A DNA stretch of 41,870 nucleotides, taken from positions 1-41,870 of the IMG/VR virus record IMGVR_UViG_3300003323_000274; one strand, written 5' to 3'. The DNA is from a virus. The notes under the pieces were generated by a model that ran no database searches, was not told where the DNA came from, and saw only the letters and a program-made list of their open reading frames with translations. Position 1 is the stretch's first letter. Each line of letters starts with the position of its first letter. A program made the translations under genes and the position numbers. Of the stretch, positions 16,123 through 25,733 are shown one piece after another.

Positions 16123-16675
16123 AACAATTTCTGCATCGGCAGTTCGGATCGTGACCTGTTAAACTATTTCGTCTGTGTTTATTTTTAACCGCTGTTATTC
16201 TGAATGAATTCCCACTCAGTTTAGAGTCATTACAACGATTGTGTAATGGATAATCTGTAATGTGATTATCCATAAATTGTATGAAAAGTTCTTTATAATA
16301 TTGACTCTTTTGTTTTGCATCCTTAATGATAGTTGCCATCTGAATATCAGTGGCAATTACACTATTTTCTTCAGTATGAACCCTGAAGCCTCCACGCGTT
16401 GGTTTAAAGTTTGCTTTGATAATCCAAAATTCATTTGCCTGCCATGCAACATATTGCTTTATGTAAGGATTATAAAGTGAGTTATATACTGGAGACATGG
16501 TTTTATTAACGTATGCTGTTTTAAAATCCTGATAGAATCTATCGGACATAAGCATTCTTAAAGTTTCCTGCGCCTGATAAATCTTTCCTTCTAATTCTTC
16601 ATCAGGAATATTATTAGGAATATCGCATTCCTCTTTTAGATAAGCATACGTTATTAATTTGTCTTGTTTAGCCAT
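16109..16675 (-). CDS. putative head-tail connector/adaptor (gp6-like)
   Basis: Sits immediately downstream of the portal. The N-terminal ITYAYLKEECDIPNNIPDEELEGKIYQAQETL resembles the gp6-like connector pattern. Confidence 0.4.
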   Translation of the reverse strand: MAKQDKLITYAYLKEECDIPNNIPDEELEGKIYQAQETLRMLMSDRFYQDFKTAYVNKTMSPVYNSLYNPYIKQYVAWQANEFWIIKANFKPTRGGFRVHTEENSVIATDIQMATIIKDAKQKSQYYKELFIQFMDNHITDYPLHNRCNDSKLSGNSFRITAVKNKHRRNSLTGHDPNCRCRNCYDQY

Positions 16676-18279
16676 TGGTCATACTCTTTAAGCTTTGAAT
16701 CAAGAAAATCAAACATAGCCTTGCCTCCCCAGGCATTGTATAAAACTACTTCGCAGTTCTTTTCGAACGGTGAATTAGCAAACGTATCACGAACCTTTAG
16801 AAAGTTATAAATTCTTTTTAACTGTTTCAATCCCATGTTTTGGTTTTGAACAATCATATTTGAAACTTCAGCGCCAGCTTTACCTCCGCATTTAAGTTGC
16901 ATTTTATCCATATAATCTAAAGCCGTTTGTACGTTTTTAATAACGTTTGGCGGGAAAGATATTGGAATTGCATTTTTAATATTTGTTGGTGGCGTTGGTA
17001 ATATCTGCCCCGGGGTTGATATATCGGTATTTGGATCGGTTAAATCTATCTCGGTATTATCCTGAATCCATTTACGTTGTTCTTCACGTGATAAAGCTGC
17101 CCAAACAAGTGGATTAACCTGGTTTACTTCAGGGTATGGATTATAAGGAACGATGTCTATATCCTGAATATAAGGCTTTGCCATCAACTTTAAAACCTGT
17201 GAATACATATCCGTTAGATTACGCTGGCGTTTTACTACACGCTGTTGCATTAGCTTAACAGCTACCTTTATCTGGTTACCATCACCGCCCAGGCTTACGC
17301 CCTCCTGAATGTTGGCAAGTATCCCAGGTACTTTCCACGCTACTGTAATTTTCTTTGTGGCTTGGTTGTCCAGCGTTACAAATACATCATCATTTGAATT
17401 TGATGGTATCGGTATTACTTCCGGTTTTTCTTCAGATGAATTAACCCATTGAACCCACATGTTACCCACACGTTTAGCGCCCATGAAATTATTGCTAATC
17501 ACTTCGTCAAACTCTTGTCCTACTGTCATAGGCTCTTTTGAATCTGCATACTCCGGATTATTGCTTGGTGCGTTAGGGTCTCCCTTCATTAAAAGAATGA
17601 AGGCCTGCATTAATCCGTTATCAATATTATCTTCATGGTAATTTGACACACCCGCTTCAATCTTCATCCATTTAACCGCCGCATAAGCTTCATTGATTGG
17701 ATAAAAACGGCTCATGGTTGAAGTTGACCCATAAAAAAGAACCTGGCCTTTATATTTATTGCCTTGTTCTTCCATTTGTTTCTTTACAACATCTGGATTA
17801 TATACGTCATAGGTCTTTGTCTTCTTTCTATTCGATTGATACTGAGGTGTACCGAAAAAAGGATTGTAAAATATCTTTGAAATATATCCGTTGTCGTCCG
17901 GCAAATCGAGACGGCAATTTTCGAATGGTAAAACCTCAATTTCTGTAACTTTACCAAGTGAATTATACTTCACAAGCCAATAAAATCCGAAATTCTGTTC
18001 GTATTCCTTAACTGTTTGGTGATGAACATGCCAAAATGTTTCTTTTTTCTTGTTTATGACAAGTTTTTCAAGTGCTTCATCGGAAAATCCGAATCCTTCA
18101 ACGAAATCACAACGTGTAGATAGACAAGATGCAGCGGAAGGGCTTTCAGAAATTATACGTGCCCACTCAATAGGAAAAGAATCACCGTCATGTCCAAAAT
18201 ACGGTATGTACCTGTCAATTGTTTGCTGGTATTTAGGAAATGCCTGCCTCCAAAGATTGTATATTTTCGTCTTGAACAT
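16654..18279 (-). CDS. portal protein (541 aa) with extra C-terminal domain
   Basis: Size, composition and the following connector gene all fit a portal. The C-terminal GG..G...WGG domain is of a type often fused to phage head proteins. Assigned without a search. Confidence 0.6.
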   Translation of the reverse strand: MFKTKIYNLWRQAFPKYQQTIDRYIPYFGHDGDSFPIEWARIISESPSAASCLSTRCDFVEGFGFSDEALEKLVINKKKETFWHVHHQTVKEYEQNFGFYWLVKYNSLGKVTEIEVLPFENCRLDLPDDNGYISKIFYNPFFGTPQYQSNRKKTKTYDVYNPDVVKKQMEEQGNKYKGQVLFYGSTSTMSRFYPINEAYAAVKWMKIEAGVSNYHEDNIDNGLMQAFILLMKGDPNAPSNNPEYADSKEPMTVGQEFDEVISNNFMGAKRVGNMWVQWVNSSEEKPEVIPIPSNSNDDVFVTLDNQATKKITVAWKVPGILANIQEGVSLGGDGNQIKVAVKLMQQRVVKRQRNLTDMYSQVLKLMAKPYIQDIDIVPYNPYPEVNQVNPLVWAALSREEQRKWIQDNTEIDLTDPNTDISTPGQILPTPPTNIKNAIPISFPPNVIKNVQTALDYMDKMQLKCGGKAGAEVSNMIVQNQNMGLKQLKRIYNFLKVRDTFANSPFEKNCEVVLYNAWGGKAMFDFLDSKLKEYDQWLNKTN

Positions 18280-19018
18280 CAGGTATATTGAAATTTACTG
18301 ACGCACGGATCAGTGTCTTACCGTAAAACTTACAAAAATATCCTTCTTTGGCAAGGGCTAAATCTTGCCTTATTGTTGAACGTTCTATATTTGCCCGGGC
18401 GCTTGAGTTCCGAATCTTCTTTTCGAAATCTTTTCGAATCCAGCTATAATGGTGCATTATTATTTTTGACCATTCAACTCCTGTATTTATATTAAGCTGT
18501 CGTGTTGGATCTATCCTTATTTGACGTGTCATTTTATCCCAGGCAAAGGGGAAATTACGATTCATTTCAAATCGCATGTTCGGTTCAAGCTTATGGATAA
18601 ATGTAACCAAAGTTGTATCTAGGCCTATTGTAAGCTTTGTACTTTTGAAATAGGTTTGGCAAGAGCATATAAGGCCTTTCAAATTTGGGTTTAAAAATCT
18701 TTCCTTCTCTTTTTTAAATGGTTCGTGTTCATAGAACTCGTCAGCATCCATCATTAAAAAATGTGTGTATCCTTGTTTTTTTGCCAGCTCAAGACCATAA
18801 TTTCTTTTATCTGTTTCAGATTGCATAGGGTTGGCAGACTTATGAGGCTCCCAGTTATAATAATCACCCCCTTCAGTTATGCCAGGTGAATGTTCTCCAT
18901 AATTACTATACCTTGAAAATATTACAATAACCCCATCAACTAATGGTCTAATGTTTCTTATTGAATGCTCAAGAATATCCCAATCATCCCAAACATTGTA
19001 AATAGCAGCTAATTTCAT
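18233..19018 (-). CDS. GT-A fold glycosyltransferase
   Basis: 261 aa, with a DxD motif in HFLMMDADEFY and an N-terminal Rossmann-like strand AAIYNVWDD. Its 3' end overlaps the portal start by 47 nt. Confidence 0.65.
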   Translation of the reverse strand: MKLAAIYNVWDDWDILEHSIRNIRPLVDGVIVIFSRYSNYGEHSPGITEGGDYYNWEPHKSANPMQSETDKRNYGLELAKKQGYTHFLMMDADEFYEHEPFKKEKERFLNPNLKGLICSCQTYFKSTKLTIGLDTTLVTFIHKLEPNMRFEMNRNFPFAWDKMTRQIRIDPTRQLNINTGVEWSKIIMHHYSWIRKDFEKKIRNSSARANIERSTIRQDLALAKEGYFCKFYGKTLIRASVNFNIPDVQDENIQSLEAGIS

Positions 19019-19087
19019 TGTTTTTAAGATTATTTTTAATAATTTAGCAGTGCGGTAGTGAAGCCAATAATACTATCGAAGACATTG

Positions 19088-19123
19088 AGGCCTGACTTGT
19101 TGGTAATCGGTCAGGCCTTTTTT
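19088..19123 (+). terminator. Plus-oriented intrinsic terminator inside a minus-strand operon
   Basis: A 9-bp stem aggcctgac/gtcaggcct is followed by tttttt on the plus strand. On the minus strand the hairpin has no U-tract. Confidence 0.55.
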
Positions 19124-19128
19124 ATAAT

Positions 19129-19344
19129 TCACCATAATCTGGTATGTTTATGCCAAAGCCCTTTTGGGCATTCCTCTTCTTTTATTTCTACTTTGGCATG
19201 CAACTCACAAAAACATATACCGCAAACAATGCCTTTTCTGAATGGACATTCAAAACAAATTTTTAATCTTTTTTTTGCCATCCATGAACGTTTAGCAAAC
19301 AAAAATAGAAACCACCCTTTGCAAATATTAAATAGCTTTTTCAT
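19129..19344 (-). CDS. small Cys-rich protein (71 aa)
   Basis: Contains CFECPF..CGICFC..H...CPKGLW, a putative zinc-binding pattern. ATGA-coupled within the glyco island. Confidence 0.5.
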   Translation of the reverse strand: MKKLFNICKGWFLFLFAKRSWMAKKRLKICFECPFRKGIVCGICFCELHAKVEIKEEECPKGLWHKHTRLW

Positions 19345-19955
19345 AACATTCCTTGAAGATGAAAAACTGAATTAGGTTCTGGTGTTGAATACCCAGGCCC
19401 AATATAAGACATGTGTTGGCCGCCGCGTTGAAATTTCATTCCCATTTGTTGAGCGATGATTGATCCACACGTCATATCATGCCGATGATTAGACCAATCG
19501 CCTTTAAAATGACCGTCTAAAGCTGATTGTTTCCATTTTGAAAACCACTCCATTGCAGTAGCATTTGTTTTATCAAGGCCCAGGAATCCGGCAGAGAACA
19601 TAATGAAATCAGTTTCTTTTGTGATTCCGAAATATTGCAATGTTTCAGGCTTGCACCAATCGCGCACATAATGCCCCGCTTCCGACATGAAATAACCATC
19701 TTGTTTTATGATGTTTTCAATGATTGATAGATCACCTACGCAATACATTGATGCATCACACCATATGACAATATTATCGCGTTCAAAGGCTTTTTCGATA
19801 GCATGTATCTTAAATTCATAAGGGCTTTCTTGATGTGATGGACTTCCTATTGCTTGATACTTATCGAATAATAAAACCTGATAGCCTCGGATGCTTTTAG
19901 CTAGGCGTTGCTGGCCTGATTGATAAGCGTTTGTTGCGAAGTTTACTATTATCAT
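19341..19955 (-). CDS. putative nucleotide-sugar transferase-like protein
   Basis: 204 aa. The N-terminal strand MIIVNFATN and IVIWCDAS (DxD-like) suggest a GT-A-like fold. Tentative. Confidence 0.45.
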   Translation of the reverse strand: MIIVNFATNAYQSGQQRLAKSIRGYQVLLFDKYQAIGSPSHQESPYEFKIHAIEKAFERDNIVIWCDASMYCVGDLSIIENIIKQDGYFMSEAGHYVRDWCKPETLQYFGITKETDFIMFSAGFLGLDKTNATAMEWFSKWKQSALDGHFKGDWSNHRHDMTCGSIIAQQMGMKFQRGGQHMSYIGPGYSTPEPNSVFHLQGML

Positions 19956-20554
19956 CGTGCAAAAATTAAATTCTCAGCTGAAGTATAAATCAAATTAAAC
20001 CCGAACATGTATTTCTGATAAGCATCCTTCAATTCTGGTTTTGAGTTCCATTCAATGCAGATCATTCTAACTCCCGAAAGATCCATGTCTGGTAAAATAT
20101 TAAGCTCTTCGCCTTCACAATCCATTGATATGAAATCAAATTGCTTAATGGTGAGACGATTTAAAAACGTCTTCCATTTGAAACACTTAACAGTCACTGG
20201 CTTATAGTCAACAGTTGATTTGAATCTATCCATTTCATGTGAGTGAAAAGTAGAAACAAGGCCAATGTCATTAGCTGAGCATAGCGGCCCTGACTCATGT
20301 AATATCGCATTACCATTATGATTTGATAAAGCAAAATCATATAAGTAAAATCCCTTCAGACCTTCATAGTTTTTCTGAAGCATGCTAAAAGCTTTTGGTG
20401 ATGGCTCAACGAATACTCCTTTCCATCCTAGTTCAGCAAGCGCTCTAACATTAGAAAATGTTTTACCATCATTACTACCAATATCTATGAATGATCCTTT
20501 CTGGCCTTTGAAGTAGTCCAATATTACTTCTTCTTCTCTGTTCTGTGAGTACAT
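19952..20554 (-). CDS. FkbM-family SAM-dependent methyltransferase
   Basis: Motif I is FIDIGSNDGKTFSN, and the length of 200 aa is typical of the Methyltransf_21/FkbM type. Confidence 0.75.
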   Translation of the reverse strand: MYSQNREEEVILDYFKGQKGSFIDIGSNDGKTFSNVRALAELGWKGVFVEPSPKAFSMLQKNYEGLKGFYLYDFALSNHNGNAILHESGPLCSANDIGLVSTFHSHEMDRFKSTVDYKPVTVKCFKWKTFLNRLTIKQFDFISMDCEGEELNILPDMDLSGVRMICIEWNSKPELKDAYQKYMFGFNLIYTSAENLIFAR

Positions 20555-20559
20555 ATTTT

Positions 20560-21132
20560 TTATCTTCTTCGTGGAAATACCATCTTGTTTTTGTTCTTAT
20601 AATCGTAGTGATACATATCCTTTTCAATATGCACTTCAGTTTTAAGTAACCCTAAATCACGTATCTTTGTAGCCCAAATGTAATCCTCCTGAATCCATAT
20701 TGGTTCGAATCTAACGTGCTTTACCAAGTCTCTTTTGAATGCGCATAGATGGTTTGGGTATCTGATATACTGGCCTCTTCGCTCTTCGTATCGCTCACCT
20801 AATTTGATTGTAAAATTTGCTCTATTACCGCCATCTGTAGTCATGAATCCTTTGAAGGTGATAACATCAGGGCATTTCTGTATTGCGTTTAATAGTTCTT
20901 TGACATAATAATTAGGCACAATATCATCGGTATCAATCTGGCAAAAATATTGTCCTTGTGCACGATCAATAAGTGCATTACGTTTTGATCCTGTTGGAAC
21001 ATTACGCGGGCTGCAGTCCTCAATTATCTCAACCCCTTCAACAATCTGCGGCGCTAAAAGTCCGCGTAATCTATGAAGATATGCTTGACTTTCCTGGTCA
21101 GGAAGTGTAGGTATGAGTATCGAAAGAATCAT
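20560..21132 (-). CDS. family-2 type glycosyltransferase
   Basis: N-terminal LSILIPTL and the DxD motif QIDTDD. Confidence 0.75.
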   Translation of the reverse strand: MILSILIPTLPDQESQAYLHRLRGLLAPQIVEGVEIIEDCSPRNVPTGSKRNALIDRAQGQYFCQIDTDDIVPNYYVKELLNAIQKCPDVITFKGFMTTDGGNRANFTIKLGERYEERRGQYIRYPNHLCAFKRDLVKHVRFEPIWIQEDYIWATKIRDLGLLKTEVHIEKDMYHYDYKNKNKMVFPRRR

Positions 21133-21815
21133 AGTTTTCCTTTAATCCAATTCAAATATTCAGGACTTTGAATTTTACCAGGAGGGTCAATTAACCCAAA
21201 ATTATTTTTATATCGTTCAATGAAAAGTTTTTCGCCCTGCTCCCATGTTTTATCTGCGCGTTCATTGATGGCATCCTTTTTAGTTCTTCCGGTGCTATAA
21301 TGATCGTGTGAGAATTTTATTGGTAGTTCAATCTTTCTTCCGGTTAGATCAGCTACGCACGTCATTTCTGTATCACAGAACATGTGTCTGTATTCTGGAT
21401 GATATACATATCCGAATCGATTGTAATACTCACGATCCATGATTGGTAACGTGATTATCCATTTCTGAATACCATCGTAAGTTTTAGCTATCCAATCACT
21501 TTTGCCTGTTGTTAATTTTATTAACTGATCACCCCAATTTTCCGGACAATCAAAATCATCTGACATCACTACAATTATTCTGCATGTCGAGATTGCTGCG
21601 GCTGAATTGATGGCATCAATAGCGGATCTGTTTTGACCTGTTAAAATGATATGATCTTTGAACAGACGATCATAATCTTTCAATTTCGGATCATCTATAT
21701 CAACAGAAATAATATATTCAACATCAACCCCAGCTGAGTTAATCCATTTTGTTGCTACTTCGCGCGCGCGTTCAGCGCGGCCCCTTGATGGATGTATCAA
21801 TGATATTATAGACAT
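21129..21815 (-). CDS. GT-A-like glycosyltransferase
   Basis: ISLIHPSRGR strand and VVMSDDFDCPENWG. ATGA-coupled. Confidence 0.55.
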   Translation of the reverse strand: MSIISLIHPSRGRAERAREVATKWINSAGVDVEYIISVDIDDPKLKDYDRLFKDHIILTGQNRSAIDAINSAAAISTCRIIVVMSDDFDCPENWGDQLIKLTTGKSDWIAKTYDGIQKWIITLPIMDREYYNRFGYVYHPEYRHMFCDTEMTCVADLTGRKIELPIKFSHDHYSTGRTKKDAINERADKTWEQGEKLFIERYKNNFGLIDPPGKIQSPEYLNWIKGKL

Positions 21816-22465
21816 GTAATTTTTATATTTTCGTTATGACAATAAATCGAGAATAGCCTTTCAAGCAAGAAAGGAGCCATAGGAAAATATGGAATTCCGA
21901 TTTTACGTTCTAATTCTTCATGCAAAGTCGTGTCATTTGTCAATGTCGAATATTTGCTATCAATCATTGATATTTTATTTAGCTCAGTATCGGTTGACAT
22001 CGCCTCCATGCATGGAGATAGATATCGTTTCACATAATCTTGATATGTTTCACGTGAAGCGCTGAAATGATTTTGATAAATAGGTGTTTTTACTTCGCGC
22101 GGCATTGATATTCCGCATGCATCCAGTATTTTTTTAAGTGATTCCTTAAAATTTGGATGCCATTTGTCAGCAGCAGCCAACATTTGATGGTGTCTTGTGT
22201 TTTTTGTGAAGGAAAGTACCTGATAATCTGAATTCATTACCTCAGGAGTTAATTCGCGCGGACTTCCGATGTAGTATTTCATCTTTTCCTTAAGCCTCCA
22301 TGAACAAACCGCTATTTTTTCAGCCTGCGAGGCCATAACCAACTGCGCAATAATAGTATTTTCAAAGAAAATGGTAAGTTTCTCGTTAAAATATAGATTA
22401 GCAAAAGGATAGCAAGCTTTAATTTGTTCATCCTTATAATAAATTTGTGTTAACTGCGCAGCCAT
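21806..22465 (-). CDS. hypothetical protein of the glyco island (219 aa)
   Basis: Co-oriented with and overlapping both neighbours. No motif recognised. Confidence 0.5.
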   Translation of the reverse strand: MAAQLTQIYYKDEQIKACYPFANLYFNEKLTIFFENTIIAQLVMASQAEKIAVCSWRLKEKMKYYIGSPRELTPEVMNSDYQVLSFTKNTRHHQMLAAADKWHPNFKESLKKILDACGISMPREVKTPIYQNHFSASRETYQDYVKRYLSPCMEAMSTDTELNKISMIDSKYSTLTNDTTLHEELERKIGIPYFPMAPFLLERLFSIYCHNENIKITCL

Positions 22466-22626
22466 CGCAATACTTTATTGTGACATGATCCGCATCCCTG
22501 CTTTGCTGATTTATCCCCGGTTTGTGAATAGTAAAAATCAAACACCTGGTTCCATGCCGGATGCTTTGAGGTATGATTTATCACATGATTATCTTCTAAA
22601 AGCTTAAGTGCTTCTGGCTTTGTCAT
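22450..22626 (-). CDS. small protein (58 aa; not in the ORF track)
   Basis: Hand translation gives MTKPEALKLLEDNHVINHTSKHPAWNQVFDFYYSQTGDKSAKQGCGSCHNKVLRWLRS. ATGA overlap upstream and a 16-nt overlap downstream. Confidence 0.4.
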   Translation of the reverse strand: MTKPEALKLLEDNHVINHTSKHPAWNQVFDFYYSQTGDKSAKQGCGSCHNKVLRWLRS

Positions 22627-22808
22627 AAAGATTGTCGTTTTTCATCATTAACCTTTGAAGCAATTGCCTTGATTAACTTTTCTAATGTTTCATGATGATC
22701 GCCAATAAACGGATTATCATCTGATTGTTTTAAGCCTTTTAAATACCATGCAATATCACAAAGGTTCATTCGATCAATTGCATTTATGTTTTTAAAATAA
22801 TCCTCCAT
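22623..22808 (-). CDS. hypothetical protein (61 aa from internal ATG)
   Basis: The track ORF starts at TTG 22895 but would then run through terminator 22843..22871. ATG 22808 (MEDYFKN...) is the more plausible start. Confidence 0.45.
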   Translation of the reverse strand: MEDYFKNINAIDRMNLCDIAWYLKGLKQSDDNPFIGDHHETLEKLIKAIASKVNDEKRQSL

Positions 22809-22842
22809 GCACGAATTTAAAAAATTCTTTAAAAATAACAAT

Positions 22843-22871
22843 AAAAAACCCGAATCATTTACGATTCGGGT
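22843..22871 (-). terminator. Strong rho-independent terminator after the capsid/tube genes
   Basis: The minus strand has a 9-bp stem acccgaatc/gattcgggt with a 6-nt loop, followed by ttttttattgttattttt. Confidence 0.75.
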
Positions 22872-22896
22872 ATAATTAAAGCTTAAAATATTCAAT

Positions 22897-23451
22897 TTAG
22901 GCTGTCATGGCATCAATATAAGCTTTTGTGGATGCTTGAGAACCACCTATCAATAATCGTTTTGGTAAGAACCTTTCAGTTCCCTTCAAATTGATTACGG
23001 AAGTTGTTGGATCTGTTGCCTGTCGGCCTGCACCTCCTGTGGAAGCATCTGAAGTTAGTCCATTCTCTGCTCCATATATCAGATATTCACCGGCATTAGT
23101 CTTAACAATCACACCGACTTCCGATACGCTAAGATCTTCAATTGTCGCGTCTGCTGTTGGATCGCTGTTGAATGCTCTTAATGTAACCTCCTGAAGATAC
23201 GATTTGTTTCCACCGTCTCCGGTTTGCTCAGTCCATTTTGCCTCATGGCTGTACTTAGCAGATGAAACCCGATACAAACTTTTGTAAGTATTGAATTCTA
23301 AATCCTTCACATAATCTGCTGTCTCAACTGGAATGGCTGTTCGTAAATCAGATAGATTGAAAATCCAAACTTCTTTACCAACGCCACCAGGCTTGCGGAG
23401 ATTGTCGCAATTAGCGTCAATGCCGCTGCTTATTCCGCATTGTATTGGCAT
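22897..23451 (-). CDS. putative major tail (tube) protein (184 aa)
   Basis: Lies immediately after the capsid gene and before a strong terminator. Beta-rich, with GLTSDASTGGAGRQATDPT and GKEVWIFNLSD patterns reminiscent of major tail proteins. Confidence 0.4.
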   Translation of the reverse strand: MPIQCGISSGIDANCDNLRKPGGVGKEVWIFNLSDLRTAIPVETADYVKDLEFNTYKSLYRVSSAKYSHEAKWTEQTGDGGNKSYLQEVTLRAFNSDPTADATIEDLSVSEVGVIVKTNAGEYLIYGAENGLTSDASTGGAGRQATDPTTSVINLKGTERFLPKRLLIGGSQASTKAYIDAMTA

Positions 23452-23452
23452 A

Positions 23453-24511
23453 TTAGTGGTAGATAGCTGTTAAATCACACTGAATAAACTGAACTCCGAA
23501 ACGGCTCTCATATTGTGAGTAAGTCTGTTTCGTTCTCTGATCATAGAACATATCAATACGGTCAAGATCTGAAGCGCTCTCAGTACCCAATACAAAATTG
23601 CTGAACTTAGAACTACCGCGTGTTGTGTAGATCAAGAAGTGACGCATGTTATTGTACCAAGGGTTTGCGGAATCTTCAAAGTAGTTATCCGCAATGTAAA
23701 GCGGCGCTACTTCAATACCTCTGTATGTAAGCTTCTGATTGCCCAGGCCGTCAACAATCAATCTGAACTGCATTTCTGTAGCTCCGTTTGTCTTGCTCTC
23801 GTAAGAGGACAAAAGATTTTCATATACCGAACCAGTAACCCAGAAAATCTTTTCAGAATTAGGAAGTTGTTTCAAAATAATTGAAGCTCCCTGATGAAGG
23901 GCTTTGATTGCGTTGTATGCCTGGTCTGTCGCCAGTACTGAATTGTATTGGTTTGGTAGATCGTTACCAACTGCTTTAACGCAATAAGACGCAAAGGCAT
24001 CCAGCAACTTAACCAACATACCATCAATCACATTGTAATCAGCGTTATTTGATTGGTCATTGGCAAACAAAACAATTCTCCATATATCCCTACGGATAGC
24101 GTCTATTTGCTCATCCATCCAGATGCTTCTGACCTTTGCAGTTACATCATAACCATCAAGTCCATTGGCAACAAAAGATTCATCTTCAGTAAGTGCTGAA
24201 GCAGTTGCCATGAAGTCTGATTTACACCAGGATTGATTTGCTTCGAATTTACCAACAGAAATCTTGCGATCTGAGAAGGTGCCTGCGGTTGTGTAAGTGG
24301 GATTACAACCTGTTGCGGCTTTTAACAGCTTTTCAAGCTGACCAACTAAAACTAGGTATTCATCAGTGCGGATGTTTTGGCGGATAGTAAACATGTCACT
24401 AAGCGCTGGTGTCATGATAGACGGCTTTCTGTATAGCTCAACAGGTAACTTACCTGGGTAGGTATACGATGGGCTGTATGTATATGACGATGCGTTTTTA
24501 AACTTGCTCAT
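23453..24511 (-). CDS. major capsid protein (352 aa)
   Basis: Lies directly downstream of the prohead protease/scaffold gene with a 1-nt spacer. The size fits an HK97-fold capsid protein. Assigned by synteny. Confidence 0.6.
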   Translation of the reverse strand: MSKFKNASSYTYSPSYTYPGKLPVELYRKPSIMTPALSDMFTIRQNIRTDEYLVLVGQLEKLLKAATGCNPTYTTAGTFSDRKISVGKFEANQSWCKSDFMATASALTEDESFVANGLDGYDVTAKVRSIWMDEQIDAIRRDIWRIVLFANDQSNNADYNVIDGMLVKLLDAFASYCVKAVGNDLPNQYNSVLATDQAYNAIKALHQGASIILKQLPNSEKIFWVTGSVYENLLSSYESKTNGATEMQFRLIVDGLGNQKLTYRGIEVAPLYIADNYFEDSANPWYNNMRHFLIYTTRGSSKFSNFVLGTESASDLDRIDMFYDQRTKQTYSQYESRFGVQFIQCDLTAIYH

Positions 24512-24512
24512 C

Positions 24513-25694
24513 TTATTCTTTGTTTTTAAAGTTTGCTGGTCTGCTTGTAAGCCAAGCGTTTCCTAATTCTTCACTCATTGCGTCATATTGACGACCTCCA
24601 TTTTCCGCATTACGGAATGCGTGATCTTTCTCAATTGGATCATCATCACCAAAAGTTTTGGCCGCTGCTTCACTTAAATCTTTGAATTGTTTTTCAAGGA
24701 TTTCAACCTTAGCCATAATTGACTTGTTAGTCACTTCGGCTGTTTCTGCGGCCTTCGCACTGGCTTGACTCGTTGCTAGTGCTGCCGCTAACTGAGCTTC
24801 AAGCTCTTTAATACGTGCGTCTTTTTCCATGTCTTGTGTGTTTGGTTCTCCTTTTTGTGTCGTGTCTGCCGGTTCCGGAGAAGGAACTACAGCGGTAATA
24901 ACCGATCCTACTACAGTAATTGTACTGCCGGAAGCCAGATCATATTCACCATCTGGTAAGGGCTCCCCTGTTTCGAGCATTATTTGTGCATTGGTTAGAT
25001 CACCGTTATTATCCATGATCATAACCTTTCGGCCGTCTGCCAGCGTGTCCTCAGTCTGATTTTTAATCTTCAGTGCCTTGAACAGATTGGTAATTTTGGC
25101 CGACAATTGGTCAAAAAGTGATTTTTCCATGTCGTTCTTAATTTTTGTTATATCTACTTTTGCAACTGCTTTCATCGATTCAACGACTTCATCGGCAAAA
25201 CCATATTGAGTTGCGGCCTGGTCTGCGGTTAGCCATGTCTCGTTATCGTATAACGCCCATAGCTGTTCTTTTGAAATTGATTTTCCGTTACGAGCCGCGC
25301 GGCGACCAGATACGTCAATCAATAAATTTTTTATAGTATCAAGCTGATTGGCAACATTACGTAAGTCGCCAGCATCACCTTTAATTCCGTCTATGTATGG
25401 GTTATGGATCATGAACTCAGATGTTTTGTTCATGATGATCTTATCACCAGCAAATGCAATAAGTGTAGCAATAGAAGCGCAAAGGCCCTCAATACGGGTT
25501 TCAATTGGCTTGTTTAAATTCTTAATAATGTTATAAATTCCGTATCCTTCGAATACATCCCCACCACCAGATACGATGTGGACTATAAAATCTGATGCTT
25601 TAGGATACTGGTTGATTTGTTCACGGACATTATTAATAGAGACTTCTCCTTCTTCAGTTCCAATATAATTATAAATGAAAATGTGTCCCGTCAT
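24513..25694 (-). CDS. ClpP-like (S14/S49) prohead protease fused to a scaffold-like C-terminal region
   Basis: Motifs SGGGDVFEGYGIYN, GLCASIATLIAFAG (Ser) and FMIHNP (His). The C-terminal half is an Ala/Glu-rich coiled coil. Confidence 0.8.
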   Translation of the reverse strand: MTGHIFIYNYIGTEEGEVSINNVREQINQYPKASDFIVHIVSGGGDVFEGYGIYNIIKNLNKPIETRIEGLCASIATLIAFAGDKIIMNKTSEFMIHNPYIDGIKGDAGDLRNVANQLDTIKNLLIDVSGRRAARNGKSISKEQLWALYDNETWLTADQAATQYGFADEVVESMKAVAKVDITKIKNDMEKSLFDQLSAKITNLFKALKIKNQTEDTLADGRKVMIMDNNGDLTNAQIMLETGEPLPDGEYDLASGSTITVVGSVITAVVPSPEPADTTQKGEPNTQDMEKDARIKELEAQLAAALATSQASAKAAETAEVTNKSIMAKVEILEKQFKDLSEAAAKTFGDDDPIEKDHAFRNAENGGRQYDAMSEELGNAWLTSRPANFKNKE

Positions 25695-25733
25695 GGATGC
25701 TAAGTTCCAAAACAGGAATGATTTTTAAAGGTA

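Noticed and set aside
22809-22895. N-terminal 29 codons of track ORF 22623..22895 (TTG start)
   Set aside because: This extension would be translated through the strong terminator hairpin and U-tract at 22843..22871. The internal ATG 22808 is more plausible.
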